From an uncultured Gammaproteobacteria bacterium (lineage in GTDB: Bacteria > Patescibacteriota > Microgenomatia > UBA10105 > UBA927), in assembly GCA_964527425.1 (NCBI GenBank), contig CAZGOA010000001.1:98435-162434 (forward strand): 64,000 bases of DNA, read 5' to 3'. Position 1 is the stretch's first letter; each line of letters begins with the position of its first letter. The notes beneath the pieces are model-generated. The model searched no databases, was not told where the DNA came from, and was given only the letters and a program-made list of their open reading frames with translations. The position numbers and the translations under genes are program-made. Positions 41,439 to 50,402 of the stretch are shown here, one piece after another.

Positions 41439-43745
41439 CTATTGCGTAACTTGAAGTATGTCGCAATATGATGGCAGGTGAGATATATTTTTGTTATTTT
41501 TATTTGTAAAGGTATATTGTTCTAATACATGTTTAAATCCATCTGACTGATTCTCTTTTTTAAATTTATGTGTTTTTTTAATACGTTGTTTATGCTGTAA
41601 ATGAAATCCATGAACTGTTTTGCTCCAATAAAATGGGCGGTATATCATTTCAAAGAGAGATCGCCATGCAGCAATACTCATAGCTAGCCAATATATAGGT
41701 GTTAATAATGCATATTTAATGAGTTCATAGTATCCACGCTTTACACAACCAATCATATATATATACATATACATAAAATTTCCGAATACTAGAGAAAACA
41801 CTCCTAAATACAAAACAGGACCAGGGTAAAATGACTCAATAGTAGGACCTATAACGGATCTAAAAGCAAAATAAGAAATTGTAATTAACCACATAAATGG
41901 ATTAATTAACATTGATAATACTTTTCCGCCAACTATTAAATGAAAGAGAATTCCATCAGGTTGTGTTACGGTACTTGTAAACTTATGAGAATCTCTAACA
42001 TGCACTAAATAGGTTTGAATATATCCTTTTATCCAACGACTTCGCTGACCATACCAGTTCCAGGCTTTACTCGTTGCTTCTTCCATAGTTGTAGAATCGA
42101 TTACTGCAGTTTTCAATTTTCGCTTTGATAAACGCATTCCCAAATCACAATCTTCTGTTACATTAAATGCATCCCAGCCTTTTAGATCATGTAAATCACT
42201 AACTCTAAAATGATTTGAAGTCCCTCCTAAAGGGATTGGAGCGCCTATCGATTGAAGACCTGGCAATATTAAATCAAACCACAACGAATATTCGGCAGTG
42301 AACATGCGTGTAATAATATTTTGCTGTGGATTATAAAAATTTAGTTTTGCTTGCAAACATACAACATCACTTGAAACTTTATTAAAGGTTATTACTGATT
42401 TTTTTAACTGTAATGGATCTGGAATATCTTCTGCATCATATATCACTGCATAGGTTCCTTTTGCGCGTGATAGACCATAATTAAGAGCTTTTGGTTTAGT
42501 TTTTGGTTTACTATCAGGAACGAGTAATACTTCCATGTATTTTGGAATTGTCATTTTTTTTATATTCTCGATTGATTCAGAATCATCTTCCTCTAATAAC
42601 AGTAGTACTTGAAGTTTATCTTTAGGATAATTCATTTGACTCATTGCCCTAATAAATTGAGGCAGAACTCTCCATTCTTTATAGAGAGGACAAAAAATTG
42701 TATACGTAGGCCAAATATTATCTGGTTGTGAAATTATTTCTTGATCTTTAATATGATACTCATGCTGTGTAGAAAAACTTCGTGATACAAGAAATGCTTG
42801 AAAAAGCACATCTGCAAAATAAAAAAAAGTGAGTACTGCAATCAATATTACAAGTGTTGAGTGCCAAGAAATAATAAACCCGATCGTAAGAAGGAGTATA
42901 AGACCTATTAGTATTACTCCTTGATTAAATGTTAAACGCAGAAACGCTGATTCGGTAAAATCTAACTCTGTATGATGAATATATTCTTTTCCTTTGTGTG
43001 TAAATCCTTTCCCATATTTCTTTTGCTTTTCGGGATGAAAAGGAATTATGTGATTACCTAATAACTTAATGAGTATGGCATCAATAGCCATTGATATACT
43101 TGCCTTCAGTATATTAATCTTTGGTTTACCTGAAAAACGCTTTTCAAATAATATTGGATGAGACGTTAATATATACCCTGCATTTTTTGCTCTATATAAA
43201 AAATCTAAATCAAATTTCCATCCCTTACCTTGAGGTTTAATATGTTCAAGTACACTTTTCCTAAATACTTTTAATCCAGATTGAGCATCAAGCGAAATAT
43301 TAAGTAACTTTTTTACAAAAAAGATACGATACGATTTACTAATGATCGAACGAAGAATTGTAGTATTTCTCTCTTTGCGTTCTGCTATTACTATATCGAC
43401 TTGATCATGTATGAGTGTTTTGACCATTGCAGGAATAGCTTCAGGGGGATATTGTAAGTCAGCATCAATCATTGCAATTATCCCGTTGTTCACCTTAGAA
43501 AAACCGATAAGTAACGATTCTGCCTTGCCACTGTTTCCTAAGTTATCAATAATTTTTATCGGATATGTTTTTGCAAGTCGTTGTATTATAACTTTCGTAT
43601 TATCTGTTGAATGGTCGTTAACGAATATTATTTCATAACTCAGATTAGCTTTTTTGCATGAATTATCAATACGAACGACTAGTGGTTCGATGTTATTTTC
43701 TTCATTAAACGCAGGAATGACAATAGAAATTAAAGGTTGAGACAT
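41439..43745 (-). CDS. Fusion of a DPM-synthase-like GT2 and a processive cellulose-synthase-like GT2 (CESA_like_2 type)
   Basis: N-terminus: IPAFNEE, DADLQYPP, DAQSGLK. After TMs: PLYKE, TKPKALN, YDAED, PLGGTSNHF, TEDCD, QRSRW, then C-terminal TMs and WSKTVHG. Confidence 0.92.
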   Translation of the reverse strand: MSQPLISIVIPAFNEENNIEPLVVRIDNSCKKANLSYEIIFVNDHSTDNTKVIIQRLAKTYPIKIIDNLGNSGKAESLLIGFSKVNNGIIAMIDADLQYPPEAIPAMVKTLIHDQVDIVIAERKERNTTILRSIISKSYRIFFVKKLLNISLDAQSGLKVFRKSVLEHIKPQGKGWKFDLDFLYRAKNAGYILTSHPILFEKRFSGKPKINILKASISMAIDAILIKLLGNHIIPFHPEKQKKYGKGFTHKGKEYIHHTELDFTESAFLRLTFNQGVILIGLILLLTIGFIISWHSTLVILIAVLTFFYFADVLFQAFLVSRSFSTQHEYHIKDQEIISQPDNIWPTYTIFCPLYKEWRVLPQFIRAMSQMNYPKDKLQVLLLLEEDDSESIENIKKMTIPKYMEVLLVPDSKPKTKPKALNYGLSRAKGTYAVIYDAEDIPDPLQLKKSVITFNKVSSDVVCLQAKLNFYNPQQNIITRMFTAEYSLWFDLILPGLQSIGAPIPLGGTSNHFRVSDLHDLKGWDAFNVTEDCDLGMRLSKRKLKTAVIDSTTMEEATSKAWNWYGQRSRWIKGYIQTYLVHVRDSHKFTSTVTQPDGILFHLIVGGKVLSMLINPFMWLITISYFAFRSVIGPTIESFYPGPVLYLGVFSLVFGNFMYMYIYMIGCVKRGYYELIKYALLTPIYWLAMSIAAWRSLFEMIYRPFYWSKTVHGFHLQHKQRIKKTHKFKKENQSDGFKHVLEQYTFTNKNNKNISHLPSYCDILQVTQ

Positions 43746-43785
43746 GGAGAAATTTTTATCTGTATAATATTTTTTATAGGTTTAT

Positions 43786-43819
43786 AATATACCAATTTGT
43801 ACGTGTGATGTCAATCACG
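43786..43819 (-). promoter_or_regulatory. Sigma70-type promoter of the glycopolymer operon; the -35 lies inside a TGTGA-N6-TCACG palindrome
   Basis: Minus strand TTGACA (43814-43809), 17 nt, TATATT (43791-43786) preceded by TGG; palindrome arms at 43804-43808 and 43815-43819. Confidence 0.7.
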
Positions 43820-43918
43820 ATATAGGAATTAGTATCAATAAAATAAACAAAATTAAGTAAGTAAATTGGAGAATTTAGACAATAATACTTATTATTAGTC
43901 ACAACCTTTGTAAATCTT

Positions 43919-44800
43919 TTACACCTGGAAAGATAGTCTTCTTCGGGAAGAGATATGTTGTGGTTTTGTTGCTTTATTCGCTTTTAATAGTGCGAATTCG
44001 AATAGGTGAATTGATCTAAGGAGAGAATACACCACTACAGATAAAGGATTTGCAATAAATTCCAGGAATAACCGCGTGTAAATATAATACCTTCTTGAAT
44101 GATGTTCTAGTTTACGAATATCTTTATATTGCTGATAAAACTGAGTAAATGAACAATCTGGACGAATATATCCGAAAAGGCTGGTCGTATACTTTATTTT
44201 ACTCTGTGTTTTTTTAATTCGTTTAAACATAAACATTGATGAGACAAGCCTATTTAAAGAAAGTTTATGTACAAAATTGCTGTTTTTTATTGAATAAACG
44301 CCACTAACCATACATAAGGGAATTTGTGTAATATCATAGTATTTTCCAATTACTTTAAAGGCACTTAATCTGCCTGCGACCAAACTTCCGAGTATTGTAG
44401 TTGGATCTTCTGCTTCACATCTTCCTAATACCATGCCTATATCTTTTCTCTCAAATAAGGGATGAACCAATGAGTTTAAGCCTTCTGTGCTAATTCGGCT
44501 TAAAGAAACAGGCATTATTGCGAAAGCATCTGTTTTATATAACCATTTTGAGGCTGAACATTCTTTAAGACTTAATCGTGTGAACTTATCTGGTTGAGAA
44601 TATGGTCGATCATACACCCTGACTTTGGCTTCTGGTGAACGTGAAGATACGTTAATAATACGGTTGACGATAACGTCAGGAGACTGCTCCAGCGCTTGCT
44701 TAATCATCATTAAATGACGATTTCGCAAGTACCCACCGTAAAAAACTAGCGTTACCTGCTTTTTTTCACAAAAAACAGTACTTATTAGATTAATATCCAT
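43919..44800 (-). CDS. Degenerate GT2-like protein
   Basis: Long open frame with layout resembling the 35465 GT2 (L..PL....IGMV.G, G, Y.RP..F..F..Q) but lacking IPxYN, DG and DxD. Confidence 0.5.
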   Translation of the reverse strand: MDINLISTVFCEKKQVTLVFYGGYLRNRHLMMIKQALEQSPDVIVNRIINVSSRSPEAKVRVYDRPYSQPDKFTRLSLKECSASKWLYKTDAFAIMPVSLSRISTEGLNSLVHPLFERKDIGMVLGRCEAEDPTTILGSLVAGRLSAFKVIGKYYDITQIPLCMVSGVYSIKNSNFVHKLSLNRLVSSMFMFKRIKKTQSKIKYTTSLFGYIRPDCSFTQFYQQYKDIRKLEHHSRRYYIYTRLFLEFIANPLSVVVYSLLRSIHLFEFALLKANKATKPQHISSRRRLSFQV

Positions 44801-44888
44801 AAGCAGATGACTACTATATCACAATATTGCAGTACGTCAAATTTATACGAAGAGTGACATATGTTAAAAAATAAGGGATACTATCGTT

Positions 44889-45218
44889 ATGCTTACTCAG
44901 AAACATTGTGTTCCATGTGAGGGTGGAACTGCCCCGCTAAAAGAAGACGAGATACAAACGTTTTTACCTCAAACACCAGGGTGGACGAGTATTAATAATA
45001 GTATGGCTATCGAACGACAGTTTCGCTTCAAAAACTTTAAAGAAGCCCTAGAATTTGTGAATATTGTGGGAGAATTAGCCGAAAGTGAAGGGCATCACCC
45101 AGATATTAACCTTCAAAACTGGAATACAGTAACGTTAACTCTTTCTACTCATGCCATTGGAGGGTTATCAGAGAATGATTTTATTCTTGCAGCAAAGGTT
45201 AATGAGATTCTGGAATAA
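44889..45218 (+). CDS. phhB: Pterin-4-alpha-carbinolamine dehydratase
   Basis: CVPCEGG, FKNF..A..F, AE.EGHHPD, THAIGGLSENDFILAAK. Confidence 0.93.
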   Translation: MLTQKHCVPCEGGTAPLKEDEIQTFLPQTPGWTSINNSMAIERQFRFKNFKEALEFVNIVGELAESEGHHPDINLQNWNTVTLTLSTHAIGGLSENDFILAAKVNEILE

Positions 45219-45222
45219 TTTA

Positions 45223-45426
45223 TCAACGTCGAAAATTACTTTTTAAATCTTCATAATCCTCTAAAATTGTTGCTAAATCTCTCACAGGAGTACGAGTATG
45301 AGGATTAGCTTCCAAAGTACGAGGTTCTGGTGATGGTACATAGAATGACTCATAAACATCTACAATTGATTGTCCGTTAGGCACCCCAAAACCCGGCAAA
45401 CTTTTTTGTTCTATTGTATTAGACAT
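45223..45426 (-). CDS. Small hypothetical protein (67 aa)
   Basis: Fills the gap between phhB and tsaB without overlap; ATG start; -10-like hexamers upstream. Confidence 0.5.
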   Translation of the reverse strand: MSNTIEQKSLPGFGVPNGQSIVDVYESFYVPSPEPRTLEANPHTRTPVRDLATILEDYEDLKSNFRR

Positions 45427-45459
45427 TTAAGAAATAATACTACTATAAGTCATTCTTTG

Positions 45460-45804
45460 TCAAGGTTTTGTGCTTAATTTCCATTTATCTTCACCATACT
45501 CTATTTGAGGTAAACTCCCAGGAGGCATTGCATTGATAGGAATGTTGAGTAATGCAGAGAGTGTTCTTGCAATTGCAGCTCCGACTCTAAGCCCTGTAAA
45601 AGAACCTGGACCAGTATGAATTGATATTTCCGTAATATCATTTACTGTTTTTTGTTGTTCAGTTAAAAAATCTTCTAGTTCTGGAAGTATCATTTGAGCT
45701 CGATTTTGGACTCCATCTATCTTTTTTTCACTTTTATTTACTCCGTCATCGAGACGAAGAAGCAATTCTGTTGATTTTGAGGAATCTATATACAATGTAA
45801 GCAT
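45460..45804 (-). CDS. tsaB: Shortened tRNA t6A biosynthesis protein TsaB
   Basis: LYIDSS, GPGSFTGLRVG; only 114 aa from ATG 45804; adjacent to tsaE. Confidence 0.88.
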   Translation of the reverse strand: MLTLYIDSSKSTELLLRLDDGVNKSEKKIDGVQNRAQMILPELEDFLTEQQKTVNDITEISIHTGPGSFTGLRVGAAIARTLSALLNIPINAMPPGSLPQIEYGEDKWKLSTKP

Positions 45805-45811
45805 ATTATTT

Positions 45812-46267
45812 TTACATTCTTGGTATTTTAGTAATTCCAATAGTATGTCCCTTTTCGGTAATCTGCATCTGAATATCTATTCGGTTTGAAGGTAAAGAAA
45901 ATCCCAATCTATCTGCCCATTCTATGGCAATAATATTATTTGCATCTGTTATTAATTCTTGAAAAGAAATAGATCTGAGTTCTTCTAGTGAAGTGATTTT
46001 ATATAAATCCATGTGGTAAAACATACGATTTTGAGCTAATTCATATAAACGCATTAGCACAAATGTAGGAGATAATAGTCTATCGTTCAATCCTAAACTT
46101 CTGGCGAATCCTTGCAATAATGTAGTTTTTCCGCTCCCTAACTCTCCATATAAAGCTACGATTCGGGCACCATCTACCTGCTGTTTTTGAATGTATGTTC
46201 CTATTTCGTAACCCAAGCTTTGAGTTTCTTCGGGATTCTCGGTAATAAAAGATTGAGGGAAATCCAT
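45812..46267 (-). CDS. tsaE: tRNA t6A biosynthesis ATPase TsaE
   Basis: GELGSGKTT, SPTFVL, HMDLY, IEWAD. Confidence 0.95.
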   Translation of the reverse strand: MDFPQSFITENPEETQSLGYEIGTYIQKQQVDGARIVALYGELGSGKTTLLQGFARSLGLNDRLLSPTFVLMRLYELAQNRMFYHMDLYKITSLEELRSISFQELITDANNIIAIEWADRLGFSLPSNRIDIQMQITEKGHTIGITKIPRM

Positions 46268-46599
46268 GCAAATCCTGCTCCAATTCCATCAATTATAACA
46301 TCTCTTATATGACCTTCACGTGTTGGAACAAATGTTTGATGTAATTCATCAGAGAGACCATATAATACACAGATTAAAAAACTATATATACCTATCCGGG
46401 CTTTATTAACCGTACTTCCGTATGAAAATGCTCTATACGTAAGTACAAAAAGGGTTGCGTATTCTATGACATGCAGTGTTTTAAAAAATACAAAATTCCA
46501 GGCGTATGTTTCTGATACAGAAATCCGTTGTCTGGTTGATAAAAGAAAAATAACTGAAATCAACAGTAATACAGGAATCCAATACTTAATTTTATTCAT
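46201..46599 (-). CDS. VanZ family membrane protein
   Basis: K.LH..EYA.L, YGLSDELHQTFVPTREG..RD...D. Confidence 0.9.
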   Translation of the reverse strand: MNKIKYWIPVLLLISVIFLLSTRQRISVSETYAWNFVFFKTLHVIEYATLFVLTYRAFSYGSTVNKARIGIYSFLICVLYGLSDELHQTFVPTREGHIRDVIIDGIGAGFAWISLNLLLPRIPKKLKAWVTK

Positions 46600-46646
46600 G
46601 CGATACTATTATTCCTTTTTCTCTCAAGTTCGTAAAGCATTTATCT

Positions 46647-47453
46647 TTATACATCTTCGTGTTTTCTGTTACTGATTTGTAAAACTGAAAATAATGAAAG
46701 TATCCCTGCACCTAAGCCAACCAATCCAAACGGAATGATCATATATGCTTTCTGTTGCACCTGGACTGAAGGGGATGCTTCTGTAAATAATACACTACTT
46801 GGAGTAGCATACTGTTGAATATATTCGCCCAATACTGTTTTTTCATTATTTTTATCAGTTACGGATACTTTTAATGGTAGTGTGGTACTTTGTGTTCTGG
46901 ATGGAATTGGAATTTGTGTATTTACGGCAGTTGGTATTAGTGTGGGTGTTTTACTTGGAGATAGAGTAGGTACAGGAGTATTTGTGGGAACATTTGTAGG
47001 TGTTGGTAAGGGTTTTTCTAAATCTATAGATGCCACTGTTTCTGACCAACGCACACTCGATATATCTCCATCTGATGCAAGTGTATAAAATCCTATTTTG
47101 AATTTATAACTGCCATTATCTGTAAATCCAGAATCACTATAATCTGATTTTACAACTAATGTTCCGTCCCACTCTCCTATTATTACCTTACGCTGATTTT
47201 TTGTTGCAATACTATTTTTTATCCAGGTATCTCCATATTTTGTATAGCCAAAATAATTACTCGATCCTTCTTTAAAGAATGCACCTTTGATATACAGAAT
47301 TTCCTCTGGAGTAAATCCAGATGGTGAAGCTATAACGATCAATTCTTGTTCCCCTTCAAGTAGATCAGTTGAAAGAGTAAACGTCATCGATTTTGCGTAA
47401 ATGACTAAGGGTTGTACAAATAATACTAAGATAACGACAAACCATTTCATCAT
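46647..47453 (-). CDS. Surface protein with signal peptide, beta domain, P/T-rich linker and C-terminal TM anchor
   Basis: PTPTNVPTNTPVPT linker, VLG motif, C-terminal TM followed by RK. Confidence 0.75.
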   Translation of the reverse strand: MMKWFVVILVLFVQPLVIYAKSMTFTLSTDLLEGEQELIVIASPSGFTPEEILYIKGAFFKEGSSNYFGYTKYGDTWIKNSIATKNQRKVIIGEWDGTLVVKSDYSDSGFTDNGSYKFKIGFYTLASDGDISSVRWSETVASIDLEKPLPTPTNVPTNTPVPTLSPSKTPTLIPTAVNTQIPIPSRTQSTTLPLKVSVTDKNNEKTVLGEYIQQYATPSSVLFTEASPSVQVQQKAYMIIPFGLVGLGAGILSLFSVLQISNRKHEDV

Positions 47454-47532
47454 TACTATAAGTGTAATAATGAAAGATTAAAAAAATATTAAATAATTAT
47501 TCTTTCTATGAGAAAGGACGCAGAGTTTTGAT

Positions 47533-48792
47533 TTACACTCTCGTATACGTTACAACATCAATGATATTTCCAATAGAGTAGTAATCTAAATAATTTAGAT
47601 TATATCCTTCCCAAGGATCGTTCATAATATAGCCATTAGAACCTTTAGAGGTGAGTACTAAAAAATGTTTTCCTTCTGAATTATTAGTTACAATTATTTC
47701 TACAACGACAGGTCTTCCTTCAGATAGTTCACTATCAATTTTACTTATATTTCTACCATATTTCGTCCATTTGAACCCTGATTGTGCAGGCCAAGGAATT
47801 AACATCCAAGATCTAAAAAAATATTGGGGTTGTTGAGCTATTACGCCTGGATTTGTATCAGAACCATTTTTTTTATGTAACATAGCTACTGAAGTTACTA
47901 AACATCCATATTGCCACATAAAACTTGGACTGTTACTCCAACAAGAAGATCCAATACATTGACTTCCCCATCGTTCATCGCGCTGATTAAAATACCAACC
48001 GTCTGGCTGAGGCTGAGCAGGTATAATTCCACCTTTACCTTTTCCTGTAACGAACGCCCGAAAGGCATTTTGTTGTGCCAATGCTTGAGCGAGCAATCGT
48101 TGATAGGTTGCAGCGTCATTTTTGGTTTGTGTAAGTAGTGTTTGTTTTGCTCTTTTTTTTAATTCTAATTCTTTACTTTCTTTTTCTAAATCTATTTGCA
48201 GCTGTTCTTGCTGTTGTTTTTTAGTTTCTCTTAAATCTTTTCTTTCTGAGAAATTATTTTGTGTTGCTTTTAGTTGAAATAATAATTGCGCATCGTCTTC
48301 TTGAACATTGCTGATATATTTTATTCGATGAAGCATATCTGAAAAATTTTCACTTAATAGTACATTTCCAAATTGCGGTGTTTGTGCCCGTTTATAACTC
48401 TCAGGAATACGACGTATCACTAATTCTGAACGTCTCGTTAAAATGGATTCTAATCGCACAATTTCTCCAGCAAGCTCTCCTATTTCATTGTTTATTTTGT
48501 CTATGGCTGATTTAATGGATTCTATTCGAAGCTGAGTAACACTCATTTGTGAGTCTAATAAACCAATTTCGGAAGAAAGCGAATTTTGCTGACCTTGTAA
48601 TTCGGTAATTTTTCTTTGCAACTCTGCAATGTTTGCTTGTGATGATGATGTGGGTGTAACACTAGCTGATGGAGTAGCTGTTTGCGCATGAACTTTACCA
48701 ATCTGCAGGCTAACAGCGAATACAAACGCACCTATCAACCCGATTAAAACGAGGCAGAGAGTCTTATTATTCTCATAAAATTCAACATTCAT
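47533..48792 (-). CDS. Coiled-coil (PcsB/CwlO-like) protein with a C-terminal C39-like cysteine peptidase domain
   Basis: Signal peptide, long heptad region, then YFNQRD..W, YGCLVTSVAM, GRPV, HFLV, NDPW; 1 nt downstream of ftsX. Confidence 0.82.
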   Translation of the reverse strand: MNVEFYENNKTLCLVLIGLIGAFVFAVSLQIGKVHAQTATPSASVTPTSSSQANIAELQRKITELQGQQNSLSSEIGLLDSQMSVTQLRIESIKSAIDKINNEIGELAGEIVRLESILTRRSELVIRRIPESYKRAQTPQFGNVLLSENFSDMLHRIKYISNVQEDDAQLLFQLKATQNNFSERKDLRETKKQQQEQLQIDLEKESKELELKKRAKQTLLTQTKNDAATYQRLLAQALAQQNAFRAFVTGKGKGGIIPAQPQPDGWYFNQRDERWGSQCIGSSCWSNSPSFMWQYGCLVTSVAMLHKKNGSDTNPGVIAQQPQYFFRSWMLIPWPAQSGFKWTKYGRNISKIDSELSEGRPVVVEIIVTNNSEGKHFLVLTSKGSNGYIMNDPWEGYNLNYLDYYSIGNIIDVVTYTRV

Positions 48793-48793
48793 C

Positions 48794-49690
48794 TTACATT
48801 TTAAGATATCTATTTACTGCACTATAGCTTCCTATACATCCTAACAAATATCCAAATGTTGTAAGTACTGCAAAAAAACCTAATGCTGATAGTATAAATA
48901 ACGATCCTGAAGGATTACTTAATAAAGCATTCATTACAGGAACTACTCCTAAAAAAGTTAATAATGCTTCTCTAGCATACAAAACAAGTGCAATAATCAC
49001 AAAAAAGGCAATCATTCCTCCCAGCGCCCCATAAAATCCTCCTTCTATTATAAACGGAGAACGAATATACCACCTTGAGGCACCTACTAATCTTAATATT
49101 TCAATTTCTTCTTTACGCAGTGCAATTTTCATACTTGTTATGGTTAGAATGATCAATACAGCATTTACCGCTAATATTCCCACTAATGCGCCTAAAACAA
49201 TTCTGATTCCACGAGTCCATTTTAGGAGTGATTCAACCACGTCACGCTGGAATACTACTTCTTCTACACCTTGTGCCTGTTTTATTATTGGTTCGATTTC
49301 CGTTAAGTACTCAGGAGCAAGCGGCATAATTTCTAGTGATGCAGGTAAAATATCTGCTGTAACCATTTCCAGTAACAATGGATCATTTTTATTTTGCTCT
49401 TGATACAGTAATAATGCGTCCTCTTTAGAAATAAATTTTGTATTGCTTACCATTCCCGTTTGTTCTAACGTTGCAACCAGGGCATCTGCTTCTGTTTTTC
49501 CTGCTCTATCAGCAAAAAATACGGTAATCTGTGGTTTTCCCTCAAAATATCGCAGCATTTCAATTGATGCCATTGATGTAATCCCAAAAATACCAGCAAG
49601 TAACAGAGTAATAAACATCGTTAAAACAGCTCCTATTGTTTGATAGGGTGATCGTCTTATATGTTTCCAGCTTGTTTTAAATGCTTTCAT
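48794..49690 (-). CDS. ftsX: Cell division permease FtsX
   Basis: 4-TM layout, ISKEDAL, LPAS, R.EEIEILRLVGA..WYIRSPFIIEG. Confidence 0.92.
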   Translation of the reverse strand: MKAFKTSWKHIRRSPYQTIGAVLTMFITLLLAGIFGITSMASIEMLRYFEGKPQITVFFADRAGKTEADALVATLEQTGMVSNTKFISKEDALLLYQEQNKNDPLLLEMVTADILPASLEIMPLAPEYLTEIEPIIKQAQGVEEVVFQRDVVESLLKWTRGIRIVLGALVGILAVNAVLIILTITSMKIALRKEEIEILRLVGASRWYIRSPFIIEGGFYGALGGMIAFFVIIALVLYAREALLTFLGVVPVMNALLSNPSGSLFILSALGFFAVLTTFGYLLGCIGSYSAVNRYLKM

Positions 49691-49712
49691 AAGAATGTTG
49701 ATTGCTGACTAA

Positions 49713-50402
49713 TTAACGCTTTTTGATTTCTGTATATTTCCCCTGTTGTTCATCTTTTATGATTTTTCCGTCATGTATAGTAATAGTACGCTTTTTTAGA
49801 AGATTAACGAGTTCTACATTATGGGTGGTCATAATAATCGTTGTACCTAATTTATTAATTTCTTGCAGAATTGTTAGTACATTCCATGCATTTTCTGGAT
49901 CTAAATTTCCGGTTGGCTCATCGGCTAGTAAAATTTTAGGACCCATCACCATTGCGCGAGCAATACTGGTCCTTTGTAATTCGCCGGCTGATAACTGTAT
50001 TGGGAATTTATTTGCTTTATCTGTCAAACCTACAAGCGATAATGCATCAGCAACTTCTTTTTTGACCGAGTTTGGTTTTTTGCCTAAAATTTCTAACGCA
50101 ATCGCCACATTTTCATACACTGTTCTATCTGGAAGTACTTTAAAATCTTGAAAAATCATCCCAACTTTCCGTCTTAAGTGATGAATTTTGTGTCTTGGTA
50201 ATTTATGAAGCTCCCAATCATCAATAATTACTTTGCCTGCTGAGGGGATCATATCTCTAATCATTAAACGCAAAAGAGTAGTCTTTCCTGCTCCTGATGG
50301 TCCGATAAGAAAGACAAAATCACCGTCTGGAAAAGTGACAGTTATATCAGAAAGCGCCGCATGGGTCGCGTAATGTTTGGAGACGTTAATAAATTGAATC
50401 AT
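49713..50402 (-). CDS. ftsE: Cell division ATPase FtsE
   Basis: GPSGAGKTT, LRRKVGMIFQDFK, LSAGE, ADEPTGNLD. Start moved to ATG 50402. Confidence 0.92.
   Translation of the reverse strand: MIQFINVSKHYATHAALSDITVTFPDGDFVFLIGPSGAGKTTLLRLMIRDMIPSAGKVIIDDWELHKLPRHKIHHLRRKVGMIFQDFKVLPDRTVYENVAIALEILGKKPNSVKKEVADALSLVGLTDKANKFPIQLSAGELQRTSIARAMVMGPKILLADEPTGNLDPENAWNVLTILQEINKLGTTIIMTTHNVELVNLLKKRTITIHDGKIIKDEQQGKYTEIKKR

Noticed and set aside
46201-46599. VanZ as evidence of glycopeptide resistance
   Set aside because: VanZ-like proteins are widespread, and no other van genes are present.
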